Numbered from the whole stretch's first letter, positions 1-13,920 are shown. The stretch: 60,609 bases of DNA, filler included, from Jimgerdemannia flammicorona (GCA_003990765.1; 3 parts of 3 records of this genome joined end to end with filler, not necessarily neighbours in it), one strand, 5' to 3'. The notes: generated by a model not told the origin, from the sequence alone. A program made the numbers and translations.

Positions 1-127
1 ATCTTGACTATTATACCGCTAAACACCAAGAACATTTTGTTGCTTTTAACAAAGTAACTGGGGGCTCAAGCCAAACTACATCAACCCCCAACCTTGTAAT
101 TTGCCTCCATTGAGCCGGCACGTTACA
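1..127 (+). mobile_element. 3' end of a gypsy-type LTR (same family as the solo LTR at 14828-16208)
   Basis: Near-perfect reverse complement of 14828-14955; ends ...GGCACGTTACA. Confidence 0.8.
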
Positions 128-1725
128 ATACAATTATTTACTTCATAATATATAAATTCATTGTCAAGAAGATATTTATCAATCCTTTTGTTCTATAGTC
201 ATACTGCTTGCTTAATACTATATAGTCTCTTATATAATCTGTATATGAGCTCATTGTTTTCATATCCTTACAGTTGATGGATATATAGTTTGATATCTAT
301 GTCACTATTTAGAAATGCTGTCTTTATATTCATTTGATAGATTTTGAAGTCATATACTATATCAATTGTAAGAAGTATTCTAAGTAAAGTAAGTTTAAAT
401 ACTAGTAAAAATGTCTCATTATAGTCTATACCATAATCCTGTAAATAACTCTTGGTAATGAAATGAGTTTTATATCACTCTATATTGCCATCAGTATTGC
501 ACTTTATTTTATATATCTACTTGGATCTGATTGCTTAACAGTTTGATAGAAGAGGTACTAGGTCTCAGATATCTTTCTCAATAAGTAAATTGTATTTCTC
601 ATCCATCACACATTCCCATTTCTTACTGTCTGGGCATTATATAGTCTCATCATATATACTTGACTTATTGGAAGATATTGTGATATACATGTATTTGTAT
701 GCTTCAATAATAGCTCACATGGTCTTGATATTACTACTATTTAGGGCTCACTAGCATATCTCAATAACTTCCTAATTCTGAATAAGTTTCATAATATATA
801 TTAGAGTACTTTTATATTTGTTTACCCTTTATAGAAGATCCTTTATCATTAAAGGATTTACTGTCATCTTTATCTTTGATCTTGATGATCCTTGGCTCAG
901 ATAACTCTGGCTCAGATATATATAGTAGTTAAAAATAATTTCAATTTACTGTTAAAATTATTAGAGATATTGGTAGTACCAGTTGTTATTAACTAAAATG
1001 TAGAGATTTTTACTGAGACTTTCATATAAATCTTATTATTTCCTTTTTCTCTGAACTGTATATTACATATATAAAATCACTATACATTTTGTATACAGAT
1101 CTCAGAATCTATATAATTTCCCACTATATCCTAAGAGTATGTATTTGACTATCTTTAGCTTAAATTTATACCTATTAGTGCTCTTGTTGAGAATGTATAT
1201 ATTATATCTAAATATATATAAATGAGATATATTTGACTTAGATCTACTCTATAATTCTTCAGGAGTAAGATCATTATTCTTATACTTATTATTATCAGCT
1301 TCCTTACTTAGTAATTAAGATATATACTAATTGGGAATATATACTACTATGTTGATGACTTCAGCCCAATAGAAATATCCTAGACTGATGGTATTGATCA
1401 TTATATATACCATTTCTATAGCTGTATGGTTAAATTGCTTGATTACACTATTTTGCTAAGGTATATAAGAAGCTATCATTTGATAGCTTATGCTATATTT
1501 TATCAAGAATTATCTAAATATATTATTGATGTATTTGTATCTATTATCTGAGTATATAGTATATATTCTATATCTTGTTTTATTCTCAGTAATTACTGAA
1601 TTTCTTTAAGACTTTATACTTGGCCAATAAGAAATATACATATACCTTATATGTACATATGATTATTAATAAATATTAGAAAATATCTCTTACTGGAATA
1701 TGATGGGATATACATTAAACTATAT
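128..1725 (-). mobile_element. Degenerate Ty1/copia pol remnant (integrase to RT)
   Basis: Minus-strand translation resembles copia RT (YKTHFITKSYLQDYGIDYNETF) and integrase. It is colinear with the copia remnant at 14476-16620. Very AT-rich with many stops. Confidence 0.75.
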
Positions 1726-3851
1726 TGTGATATACACAATTGACAATAGAGTACTGGTGACTGCTAAGATCAGATGACATAATGGTGTGACAATCAAATA
1801 GACAGCCTGACCCATTAGGTAATCATCCCAAAAGAAGACAAGATGATCCAAGCCAAAATGAAGACCATGTTATTTAAGGAACCATACTCCACCTCAAGGA
1901 TCAGCACCAAAGAACCAAGTACCCACCATACAATGCCTCCCATTTGCCGATCCAACCAGACCTCCCGCCACTCTACCCCTTTGTCTGGTCCAAAGACCCT
2001 GATCTTTGAAGCTATCAAGAAGGCCATCTGGCACCCAGATACTTCCGAACACTTGAACTTCTACACCGAGGACCTTGGACACTTCATCAACTACCAGTAT
2101 ATAATGACCCAATAGCTCAAAGACACTACCAAACGAATAACTCTCTGGTATGACTACGAAATCGGACACTGCCTTCGCAATGAGACTCAAGAAGGTGACT
2201 AGGAAGACCTCATTGCCGAAATGTTAACCACCAGCCAGCTAATCAAGAGAGCTCTCCGTGTCCACCAAATCTTCTGCCATATTCCCTGGGCTATAGCACA
2301 CTTGCAAGGAGTAACAGCTGGCAGCCTCTCCTGCCTTTCAACTGAAGATGCTGACTAGATAGAATCTGAAGTAGCCAACTCTACTGGCAGCAACTGCGTT
2401 GCCATAGGAAGCCAATAAACTGAACCTACTCAACTAGGTTTCCACACCACTCCACTCCAAGACAACCATCAAGGTCACCTAATGAGTCTTATGGAGATAT
2501 TTGAAGGACTACCCATTACCATAGAAGCACCCGTTGGAGCTACCCCAACCACCCACCACCCTGTCAGCCACAATTCACATCTCATCATTTGGGAACTGAA
2601 TCAAGAAGAAGCCCAAGAGGTCCCTGTCTTTGAAGAGGAAGCCCAAGAACTCCAAGACCCTGCCCCTGAAGAAACCCCCTCTGACACTGAAACTGATGAG
2701 CCTTCAGAAGAAGAAGAGGAGCAACAGAGAGTCTACCAGTCCTCTGTCCGCATTCAAGCTGTTCAAGGGTTGGAGAATGTTGTTGAAGATGACTGGCCAC
2801 TTTTCTACCCCCTCACCTCTTGGCCGGTGCTTCCCCCCTTTGAGGAGAGATATGATGAAGAAGAAATCGCAACCCAGCAAGATTTGCCCACCACAGACAA
2901 AGGGTACTATTCCCTCTAGAGTACTGCCCATCAGCCATGAGAACTCAGCTTTTGTCAGCAAGTCCATTTCCAGCATTGCTACCCAGTACCACCGTTTTCA
3001 GCATTTTTGTCAGCAAGTCCATTTCCAGCATTGCTACTCAGTACCACTGTTTTCAGCATTTTTGTCAGCAGGTCCGAATTCAGTGTTGCCACCCTCCACA
3101 ACCATTTCTGGCAACAATCAGCACTCCTGTCTGCTCATCCGAATCTAGCATTGCTATCTCCTATAACCCAATCCATAGTAAACAATAGCCTGCACCTCGT
3201 ATTGTACAAGCCAATAGCATAGCAAAGTTTGCCACAATGTAGTATACCTTAGCCATGTCCATAGCTAGCAAACTTGTATAAATAACCCATATTCTTAGAG
3301 TGAATAAACCTCAGTCAGTTTGTGTTTAAAAAGTAAAAAGGATTACAAAGAAACTACTGCCTCCAAGAGACTGGATAAATTCTGAGAACAAGATAACAAC
3401 CTAGAGCAACAGATCGCTTAGAAGTTTGAGTTAAAGAATTTTCTCTTGCTATGGAAAGAAAACATTACCTGACCGCCGCCATTTGAGACCCAAGACCCAG
3501 CCAAGGATTCAAGACTACAACTGCCGCCATTCGACCACCATTCAGACCGCCGCCATTCAACTGCCATTTGAGATTCAAGACCTAGAAACCCAAGGATACC
3601 CAGCCAAAGGATACAAGACTGCTGCCAAAGACTCGAATGACCACCAGGAACTCTTCAAGTTAACAAGTCAAGATGGATGAGCGAGCCGTCAACCTCCGTT
3701 TTCCCACTATTATCACATGAATTGAATGACCCAATCACATGACCATTGACCCGCGAACGTCACCAATGCCTTCAGTTATACATCACGCACTTCACCAAGT
3801 GGCACATTGAGCTATGCCAGAAGCAACTAGGGATACAAACCCAATGCCACA
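1726..3851 (+). repeat. 5' LTR (2126 bp)
   Basis: Starts TGTGATATACACAATTG (matches 11730) and ends CCAATGCCACA just before the PBS. Contains TATAAATA/AATAAA near 3277-3308 and a ~55-bp tandem repeat at 2951-3070. Confidence 0.88.
1843..2919 (+). pseudogene. LTR-encoded ORF of unknown function (358 codons, acidic C-terminus), 5' LTR copy
   Basis: ORFs 1843..2115 and 2482..2919 share one frame. Internal stops correspond to CAG/TGG/CAA in the 3' LTR copy. Confidence 0.75.
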
Positions 3852-3854
3852 TTT

Positions 3855-3871
3855 TGGGGGCTTAACTGGGA
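3855..3871 (+). promoter_or_regulatory. Primer-binding site, tRNA-Pro-like (TGGGGGCTTAACTGGGA)
   Basis: Lies 3 nt after the LTR end and resembles the tRNA-Pro PBS TGGGGGCTCGTCCGGGA. Confidence 0.65.
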
Positions 3872-3922
3872 AAGTTTTTTCAAAAGACTTGACTATTTGG
3901 CTCAAGAACCCAGCAATCTACA

Positions 3923-6388
3923 GTGGAGAACTTAGCAGGACCAAGTCAGCAACCAAACCAGGGGCAGCAACAGCCCTCCTCAGCAGAAAAGAAAGCCCAC
4001 ACCCTTGTCAGAACAGTAGTCAGGACCCTACTCAATACCAGTAGCCAGAAAACTGAATCAGAAGAAAGAAGTGACCCAGATTACAGTTTGACTTCAAGAG
4101 AAAGGAGACAACTCAGAGGGCAACCAGAACCGCCCCTTCAGATCCAAGACTTAGGCCAAGAAGAAGAAGAGGATATCCCCAAGGAGTATCAGACCCTTAT
4201 CTATAGGAAGAACTCAGACAGAAGTGACTACATAACTACTGTTGTCACTCGAGTCACTCTACTAGACCGGGTATACTTTGAAACATCAGAAGGAGAAGAG
4301 AACTACCATCCATATCAACCAGAGCAAGATGACAATTGGGGACCAGACCATCAAAGGGACAAATTCAACCTATACTATTATCCAGACAGCGACACTGACC
4401 CACAACAAGGCGAACAAGACTTCACTACTTCACAACAGCAAGGGGCAGATGAACTCACTATCAGTTATATCAGTCCACTCCTACCATCAGTTGCTCGAAC
4501 TTCAGTACCCTGATCACTCACACCTCGCCACTATCACCAGTCTATCAGAAGATCTCCACCACTACCCAGGACTTCAACTCCAGCATTAATTAGAAGAGCC
4601 AGATTACCCTCACCCTCACCAAGACACCGCCCTCTGCCAGCACCACTAGATCATCAAGTACTAGCACCACCACCTTCCCCATCACCCCAAGGATCTGTCA
4701 GAATCCCTACCCCTGAACAATACTCAGATAGTGAAGACAAGCCAGACATGAGCTACCTTCAGAAGTTCCATGGTGCAGACAATGAAGATATCGAGGAATT
4801 CTTTGGAGAAATTGAAGTTCAAGCAGCCACCAAACAATGGGATGCTGCAAGAAAACTCAGAATTGTGGAGTCACTCCTGAGAGGACCAGCCCTAAAGAGG
4901 TATAATCAAGCCAAGCAAGCCGGAGGAGAAATCCATGCAGAGGAACTGAATGACAGCCTTCAACCTGATAGGAATCATGTAGCAAGGTACATGATTCACA
5001 AAGCCTGGCTCCATGCCCAGTTCAATGGATTCAAGCACCAACAAGAAGCACAGGAGGCTTTGACCTATATGAGCCAAGCTGCCAATGAAACTCCCAAGAG
5101 TTTCTACCATCGGATTCAAGCTCAAATGATCAAGGCAAACCTTCAACCAGCAGTCCAACTGGCCCTAGCCTCAACTACCTTCCTCAATGGCTTATATCCA
5201 GAACTCCAAAGGCAAGTTATCAGGATGGGATATCAAAACATTGAACAGCAAGTTGCTGGAGCACAAGGATGTTAGGAAGCAGATTATAGACCAGTACAAC
5301 AAGTATAAGGCTATCCTAAGCCAATCCGAGCTGAAACCCCAAGGACCCAAGGAACAACCATGGAGCAAGAGAATGCCTTTCTCAGAGCCCAGATAGCCAA
5401 CTATGAGAACAGACCAGCACTCACAAATCCGACTCCATTCAGGCAACTACAGCAGCAGTCACCATCAAGAGTTCAAGAAGACCCCATGACAATGCTCACT
5501 AAGCAAATGAAGGACCTGGCCATTGCGGTTGCCCAGCTGAACAATCAAGGTAGAAGACAACAAGACTACCATTGTGATAACAGACCAGACTACCAGCAAC
5601 AAGACAACAGAGGCCCTGCCCCCGCACTACCAGCTGCAACTACAGTCTTATCAGTGACTGGTTCCTATGGTCCCACCTGCTTCAACTGCGGAAATCAAGG
5701 CCACATCCAGAGGAATTGTCCAAGAAACCAATCCACCCAGCCCAATGACAGAAATGTCAACCTCTTTCAGGTAGATGAAGAGACTCAGGAGATGGAAGAA
5801 GAAGCAGCCTGGCTCCATGGTCAAGAAGATGACATCTACCCATACTTCGAGGCTTTTCCATCCAAGGTGACATGGGAAGCTGCCCCAGCAGAGACCAGAG
5901 GATGAGGAAGACCATGAAGGAACCCCCCACCTCAACTGCCAGTAACAATATCCACAGGCAAGCATCTGCGACATGGCCATTCTTCTTCAGACACTCCACA
6001 AGAATAGGAGAAGTGAGTGAGAAGAGATACCCCTGAACCAGAAGCCAGACCATCTAGGACAACCCCCAGCTCTACTCTGCCAGACCTTGAAGAAGATGAG
6101 CATATGAGCATAGAATCTTCAGCTGATGAAATGCCTATCAGGAATGAGAGACTATACCCCAAGGGACTAAGACACCGAAGAAGCAGCAAGCCCCATGCAG
6201 CAGCCTCACTTTGGAAACATATCCGCCTACAGAATGCTGGTCTTACAGTTGAGCAAGTCCTCAAGAATGCACCAGAGGTCAGGCGAAAATTCCTGAAAGA
6301 AGCCAAGGGAGATACCAAGAGACTTCCAGTCCAAGGACCACACACTCAAGAACCTAGCACTATCCACACAGTCTATGAGAGCCAGTGA
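3923..6388 (+). pseudogene. gag: Gypsy gag region (capsid-like domain plus CCHC zinc knuckle)
   Basis: ORFs 3923, 4748, 5360 and 6017 share one frame. Capsid-like LQKFHGADNEDIEEFF...; knuckle CFNCGNQGHIQRNC. Confidence 0.8.
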
Positions 6389-6429
6389 CATGAACATCAA
6401 TCTACAAGACTCGCTGATGGAAAAGTGCA

Positions 6430-6799
6430 TGGTGAAAATGCCAGAATTCTCGTCAATACTGGAGCAGCAGTATGCATTATCACCTAAAGGATGTTGGAGT
6501 GAATTGGATGGGGAATAGATGAAGGAACCAAAGCAAGAGTTATCATGGCCGATGGATCAGCTTCCACACCCCTTGGACTTGTCAGAGACATCCCCATTCA
6601 AGTTGGAAAGGCCCACCTCAATGTACCCAAAGCTGTCATGACCCCCGCAACCTCCTATGACCTGATCCTGGGAACTGACTGGTTAAGCCAAGTGGGAGCC
6701 AATGTAGATATCAAGAAACAACTCCTGGTCTTCTCCACTCATGGACAGAAGCACAAGGTGCCCATTGACTCGAAAGGATTATCTAAAAAGACAAATTAA
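6430..6799 (+). pseudogene. Retropepsin-type aspartic protease
   Basis: ILVNTGA (mutated DTGA), MADGS...LG and YDLILGTDWL motifs. Confidence 0.85.
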
Positions 6800-7879
6800 G
6801 CCTCAGAAACAGAATGGTAAGGACATGGCAACACCCCCACTACTACTGAGGATGAAAGCAAGGCCAATTTCCTAAAAGAACTAGGAAGTGATTTTGATGC
6901 CGCAAGGGACCAAGAAAGCAAACAAGAAGACTCTTTCATTGGAGTTATTGGTTTTGAAGGCCTGGAAGAAAGCATTGATAGAGCCATTAATGCAAGGGCA
7001 GCACTTGAGTTTGCAGGACCTTCTGCTCAACCACCATCACCACTGGTAGAAAATCAGATCATGCGAGCCTTTTGTCGAGGCATATGTGAATACTTCATCA
7101 GCTTCCACTCACCAAGAGATGATTGCAGCAATTGCCGAATCCTGGATCTCAAGAAGGTTCCAATGCCAGAAATTGATGATAAGGACGAATTGAAGCAAGT
7201 ACCATCCCACAGCCGAATACAACCTCCAACCCTGAAGACCTTCAAGAAGACCTATAAGGAAGGACAGAAGATCCTTGCCCACCAAACATTCGAGTCCCTT
7301 ACCATCGAAGGAGAAAGCAACAGCTCTTATACTATCACTCGGGCCCTCCAGATCACACAGCCCACCTATGACAAGTATCGGAAGAGATTTCCTACCAGTA
7401 GGGAGGTCAAACAGCGAAATGAAGACTTTGTCAAGAAGGGACATTGTGATTGTGGAAAAACCTTTACCTACTACTGGTGTGAACATTGAGATGTTCACCT
7501 CAGCGAAGATGTCTATAAGAGCCGAGTCAAGAGAAAGGACCCCACCCTGCAAGAACCTCGAATTCGCTGGGCCTGTCAGAAGTGCAAAGAAATCAACCAT
7601 GAAGGAGATTGCAAGTACAAGAGCAAGACCTCCATCTGGGACCTACCATTGGAAGTTCTTGCCATTATTCACTGGTACTGCCACCCTCATCAAGGAAAAG
7701 AAGGTATCAATCTTGCCTTCATCCTTATGGAAGCTCTGGACCCTCTAGGAAAGACTGGATTCAATTACATAAGAAACTCAAAGACAGGAGCTCACTGGCC
7801 TTTCTTCAAACCAGAGCGTATGGACTTCTTACCTACAATGGCAACAGCTGAAGCACCATTTCTCAAAGCTCAACCAATT

Positions 7880-8290
7880 ATTCAGATCAAGCTGCTTTCA
7901 CCCTGGGCACAGCCACCTCTTGCACAAACAGAAGGATCAGTTGGCTATGACCTCTGCCTCCCCTACCAAGCAAGAATCCGACCCAGAAGTACCAGGACTT
8001 TTGACCTACAGATCGCACTCACTATACCACCTGGGCATTATGGACAATTGGCCTCAAGATCCTCATTGGCAACCAAAGGAGTCACAGTAGAAGAAGGAGT
8101 CATCGACCAGGACTACCGAGGTCCCTTGAAGGTCATTATCTGCAATTCTAGTAGAACCAGCTGATTCTTCAGTCCTATGGAAGCCATCTGCCAAATCCTG
8201 TTTATCAAGACATCACAGCCAACCATCCAAGAGGTAGACCAACTAGAAGATACCAACAGAGGACAAGGAGGCTTTGGAAGCACCAATAGA
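7880..8290 (+). pseudogene. dUTPase domain within gypsy pol
   Basis: Trimeric dUTPase motifs GSVGYDL, ASRSSLA, GVIDQDYRGPL, ICQIL, RGQGGFGST; one in-frame stop at 8162-8164. Confidence 0.9.
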
Positions 8291-8778
8291 AATCTACGGA
8301 CACCACCTATTGAGGTTCATTTGGCAACAGTTGCTCAATTCCGACAAATGAGACCCCATATCTGCCACCCAATCTGAGCAAGAGAAGACATCCTCCTGTA
8401 ACCCTACCAGCAAAAAGGCCTAGATGTGCACCTACCAGTAGAAGCAAACAACTTGATATTTGTACCATCACTGGAGCTTCAAAAGGAATACCACATCCTC
8501 CTGGCTGAAGAACGAATTCATGACCAGATGTCACCAATCCACATCCCTATCAGAAACTCGGGCTTCGAAGTGATAACTATCCCCAAGGGAACAATACTGG
8601 GATATTTCGAACCACTGATAGACACCTATGAGGAAGAAGTCTTTGAATTCTTGGGAAATGGCAAGCCCTCTCTGGTGAGACTGATGGTACCAGGGAGGAA
8701 GACTCAGCAAATTCAGCAATCAAAGCCGTCGACATCGAGACAACTCTAACCAAGGACCAGCAACAACAAATACAGGAG

Positions 8779-11390
8779 TTGATAGAGGAGTACAAAGATA
8801 TATTTACCACCACATATGATAACTTCCCACCATATCAATATGGAGAACACCCTATACATACTGGAGATGCAAGACCAATCCAACAACAACCCTATCGAAC
8901 ACCACATCATCTGATTGAATTTGAACAACAACACATAGACGAAATGCTACGAAATGGAGTCATCAGACCATCATCAAGCCCCTGGGCCTCACCAGCAATC
9001 ATAGTATCAAAGAAAGGATGATGGAGATTAGTTGTGGATTTCAGAAAACTCAACAAAGTCACCACAGAAGATGCCTACCCACTGCCAAGAATTGATGACC
9101 CAATGCCCTCGGAAAAGCCAAATACATGACCACTACTGACCAGTTCCAAGGATTCCAAGTAATACCCATTGCCAAAGAAGATATCTGCAAGATGGCCTTC
9201 ATTACTAGACAAGGACAGTATGAATACCTATGAATGCTCTTTGGACTCTGCAATGCACCCGCCTCATTCCAATGAATGATAAACTATGTCTACCAGGACC
9301 TCATTGGAAGAAATGTACTAGTGTACATAGATGATGTCATTATCTACTCTGAGATATTCAAGTAGCATTTGCAAGATCTCCGTGAAGTATTTGATACCAT
9401 TTGCAATTCAGGACTCAGACTCAATGCCAAGAAGTACTTCTTCAGAAAACATCAAGTCGAATATCTGGGATATGTTGTCTCAGCTCAAGGAACACATGCT
9501 GACCCCCGCAAGGTGGAGAAAGTCAAGAACTACCCAACCCCGACCTCAGCAAAGGAGACCCTATCCTTCCTTATGCTGGCATCCTACTATCGATGATTCA
9601 TCCCAAGGTTTTCAGATAAGGCAGCACCTCTCCGAGATACATATCTCCAAAAAGGACCAACTATTCTACTGGAAAAAGGAACAACAAAAGTCATTCGACC
9701 TACTCAAGAAGGCCCTTACTGAAGCCCCTGTCCTGGTGCGACCAGACTTTGGCAAAACATTCATCCTGGCAACTGATGCCTCAGCCTTAGGACTTGGATC
9801 AATTCTGTCTCAGCAAGATGACCAGAAGAGGGAGCATGTTATCAAATATGCTAGCAAGGCCATGAATGAAACACAAGCGAACTATGGAGCCACTAAGTTG
9901 GAATGTCTAGCAGTAGTTTGGGCTGTGGACCACTTCTGACACTATCTCTTGGGAAAGAGATTCACCCTCATCACTGACCATCAAGCTCTACAATGGTTGT
10001 TCAATAAGCCGGAGCCCTCAGGAATCTTCACTAGATGAATCATGTCCCTGCAAGAATATCAGTTCACTATTGTCTACAAGAAAGGTGCTAAGAATTCCAA
10101 TATCAATACCCTGTCAAGAATTCCGTGAAACCAACAAGAAGGGAAGGAGCCCCCACAAGAGAAGGCTGCTTCCCACTCACCCAAATGAACCAAGAATTGC
10201 ACCTCGCCCTCACCTGGAGCCTGTACCATAGAAGCTTCAAGAAAGGAATTCAACCAGCCCACAAGTTGTTTATCCAAAGGAATTTCAAGAAATTCCAAGA
10301 AGGCGATGGCGAACTTTGGAGAGTAGAGAGAGAGCAGTATACCCAAGTTCCAAGAGAAGAAGAAATATTGAAGATCCTGATAACAAATCATGACCAAAAT
10401 GCACACCGAGAAATTGGTGCCACAATTGCAAGAATCAAGAAGTGATACTGGTGGCCCAAGATGAGAAAACTAATTTCAACACACATTCAACAATGTAATA
10501 CCTGCCAAAGATACCGACAAAAGCCTACTGACAGAGCACCATTAATACCGATCGTAGCACCAGCTGGAACCTTTCAAAGACTAGGAATAGATATTATTGG
10601 ACCCCTACCAGTAACCAGCTGAGGAAGACGCTATATCCTCACTATCAAAGACCACCTGACAAAATGGCCTGAAGCCTTTGCCATCAAGACTGCTGATGCC
10701 CAGACAATTATTGGGATCCTGTATGATGAAATTTTTAGCTGCCATAGTGTGCCCAAGGAAATCATTACAGACTAAGGCTGAGAATTTGTCAACCAAGCCA
10801 TGAAGACCTTTGTGAGCAACTTCAAGATCAAGCTACGACCAACAACAGCTTACCACCCACAAGCAAATGGACTCACTGAACAAATGAACCAGACCATCAA
10901 GCGAGGTCTTAGTAGAACCAGAGATCAACTAAACTGAGATATCTATCTACCAGCAATTCTGTCCAGCTCCGTACCTCTAAGGCAACCGCTACCCAACAGA
11001 CCCCCTTCTATTTGGTGTATGGCCGAGAAGCACAAGATCCTACTGAACCAGTCCAGCTAGATCTGTCAAAATGAGTCACAGAAGAGATCACCCGGTTACA
11101 CGACATATGCCAGCAAGCACGAGGATTTATTGCCAAGGCACAAGAATGACAAAAGAGGTACTACGACTGCAAAGCCAACCTCGAACCTCTGCTCATTGGA
11201 CAAAAGGTTCTGGTGTACCATACTATCATAGAAGGAAATTGGAGTGCTAAGCTTGAACCAAAATGGGAAGGCCCCTATCTCATACACTAAGTATTCTCAA
11301 ACCACACTTATCAACTCAAGATCTTGGATGGAGTTATACTCAAGACCAAGATACACTGCAAATGTATAAGACTCTACTACTCAAGAGAAG
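8779..11390 (+). pseudogene. pol: Gypsy RT, RNase H and integrase (frameshifts and stops)
   Basis: PSSSPWASP, VYIDDV, LATDAS, KLECLAVVWAV, integrase core GIDIIGPLP, AYHPQANG, KLEPKWEGPY. Confidence 0.9.
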
Positions 11391-11719
11391 CAAAATGCAT
11401 TTGAACAATCCTGTTCACTCTGTCTGTGTCATCTCTGCTGGAGATACAACAGACGTTTCACTCGGAACTCAAGAAAGCCAACAACGTTGGAACCAGACTT
11501 AAGCCCATCCACATAACAGACATTGTTACTAAGAAATTGCCTCGGATTACAAGTAATACTATTTCCGATAGGTTCGAACCCCCAGCCGTGACTATGGGAG
11601 CCCTCGCCCTAGACAAGGATGGCCAGTCCTCACAAATGCGCCAGCATTCTGCTCGTCCCTGGAGTTAAGACCACCCAACTCTGTGTAACCCTCACCACCG
11701 AGGACAGCTCTAATTTTGC

Positions 11720-11729
11720 AAGGGGCAGA
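11720..11729 (+). promoter_or_regulatory. Polypurine tract
   Basis: AAGGGGCAGA directly abuts TGTGAC of the 3' LTR. Confidence 0.7.
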
Positions 11730-11846
11730 TGTGACGTACACAATTGACAATGGAGTACCAGTGACTGCTAAGATCAGATGACATAATGGCGTGACAATCA
11801 AATAGACAGCCTGACCCATTAGGTGATCATCCCAAAAGAAGACAAG

Positions 11847-12923
11847 ATGATCCGAGCCAAAATGAAGACCACGTTATTTAAGGAACCATACTCCACCTCA
11901 AGGATCAGCACCAAAGAACCAAGTACCCACCACACAATACCTCCCATTCGCTGATCCAACCAGACCTCCCGCCACTCTACCCCTTTGCCTGGCCCAAAGA
12001 CCCTGATCTTTGAAGCTATCAAGAAGGCCATCTGGCACCCAGATACTTCTGAACACTTGAACTTCTACACTGAGGACCTTGGATACTTCATCAACTACCG
12101 GTATATAATGACCCAACAGCTCAAAGACACTACCAAACGAATGACCCTCTGGCATGACTATGAAATTGGACACCACCTTCGCAATGAGACTCAAGAAGGC
12201 AACCAGAAAGACCTCATTGCCAAAATGTTAACCACCAGCCAGCTAATCAAGAGAGCTCTCCATGTCCACCAAATCTTCTGCCATATTCCCTGGGCTATAG
12301 CACACTTGTAAGGAGTAACAGCTGGTAGCCTCTCCCACCTTTCAACTGAAGATGCTGACTGGATAGAATCTGAAGTAGCCAATACTATTGGTAGCAACTA
12401 TATCGCCATAGGAAGCCAACAAACCGAACCTACTCAGCCAGGTTTCCACACCACCCCACTCCAAGACAACCATCAAGATCACCTAATGAGTCTTATGGAG
12501 ATATTTGAAGGACTGCCCATCACTATAGAGGCACCCATAGGAGCTACCCCAACCACCCACCACCCTGTCAGCCACAATTCACACCTCATCATTTGAGAAC
12601 CGAATCAAGAAGAAGCCCAAGAAGTTCCTGTCTTTGAAGAGGAGGCCCAAGAACTCCAAGACCCTGCCCCTGAGGAAACCCCCTCTGACACTGAAACTGA
12701 CGAGCCTTCAGAAGAAGAAGAGGAGCAACAGAGAGTCTACCAGTCCTCTGTCCGCATTCAAGCTGTTCAAGGGTTGGAGAATGTTGTTGAAGATGACTGG
12801 CCCCTTTTCTACCCCCTCACCTCTTGGCCGGCACTTCCCCCCTTTGAGGAGAGATATGATGAAGAAGAAAACACAACCCAGCAAGATTTGCCTGCCACGG
12901 ACGAAGGGTACTATTTCCTCTAA
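11847..12923 (+). pseudogene. LTR-encoded ORF, 3' LTR copy
   Basis: Same 1077-nt length as 1843-2919, with stops at different codons. Confidence 0.75.
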
Positions 12924-13404
12924 AAGCATCACCCCTCAGCTATGAGAATTTTGTCAGCATTTTTGTCAGCAAGTCCGTTTCCAGCGTTGCCACCCTCCAC
13001 AACTGTTTCTGGCAATAATCATCATATTATATCAGCTCATCCGAATCCAGTGTTGCTACTCAGTACCACCATTTTCAGCATTTTTGTCAGCAAGTCCGTT
13101 TCCAGCATTGCCACCCTCCACAATCATTTCTGGCAACAATCATCATATCATGTCAGCTCATCCGAATCCAGCGTTGCTATCCAGTACCACCGTTTTCAGC
13201 ATTCATGTCAGCTTATCTGAATCTAGCATTGCTATTCCCTATAACCCAATCCATGGTAAACAATAGCCTGCACCTCACATCATGCAAACCAATAGCATAA
13301 GTTCACTACAATGCAGTATACCTTAGCCTTAGTTGTGCCCCCCCCTCCCCCCATAGCTAGCAAACTTGTATAAATAACCCATATTCTTAGAGTGAATAAA
13401 CCTT

Positions 13405-13920
13405 AGTCAACTGGTTTTGAGAAATAACCACTGCCTCCAAGAGACCGGATAAATTCTGAGAACAAGATAACTAGAGCAATGATTGCTCGAGGTTTGAGTT
13501 AAAGAATTTTCTCTTGCCACAGAAAGAAAGAAAACATTACAAGACTGCCACCACGAAAAGGATTCAAGACCATGGACTGCCTGCAAAGTCAGTCAACTGG
13601 TTTTGAGAAATAACCACTGCCTCCAAGAGACCGGATAAATTCTGAGAACAAGATAACTAGAGCAATGATCGCTCAAGGTTTGAGTTAAAGAATTTTCTCT
13701 TGCCACAGAAAGAAAGAAAACATTACAAGACTGCCGCCACAAAAAGGATTCAAGACCATGGACCGCCCACAAAGTCAGTCAACTGGTTTTGAGAAATAAC
13801 CACTGCCTCCAAGAGACCAGATAAATTCTGAGAACAAGATAACAACCTAGAGCAACGGATCGCTTGGAAGTTTGAGTTAAAGAATTTTCTCTTACCATAG
13901 AAAGAAAATGTTACCTGATT
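13405..13920 (+). repeat. 186-bp tandem repeat (~2.8 copies) inside the 3' LTR
   Basis: AGTCAACTGGTTTTGAGAAATAACC recurs at 13405, 13591 and 13777; the 5' LTR has a single related unit. Confidence 0.9.

Noticed and set aside
11426..11668. Small ORF between integrase and PPT of the first gypsy as env
   Set aside because: Only 80 aa, non-ATG start, no signal peptide or transmembrane segment.
13405..13920. Regularly spaced repeats as a possible CRISPR array
   Set aside because: Whole 186-bp units repeat without unique spacers, inside a eukaryotic LTR.
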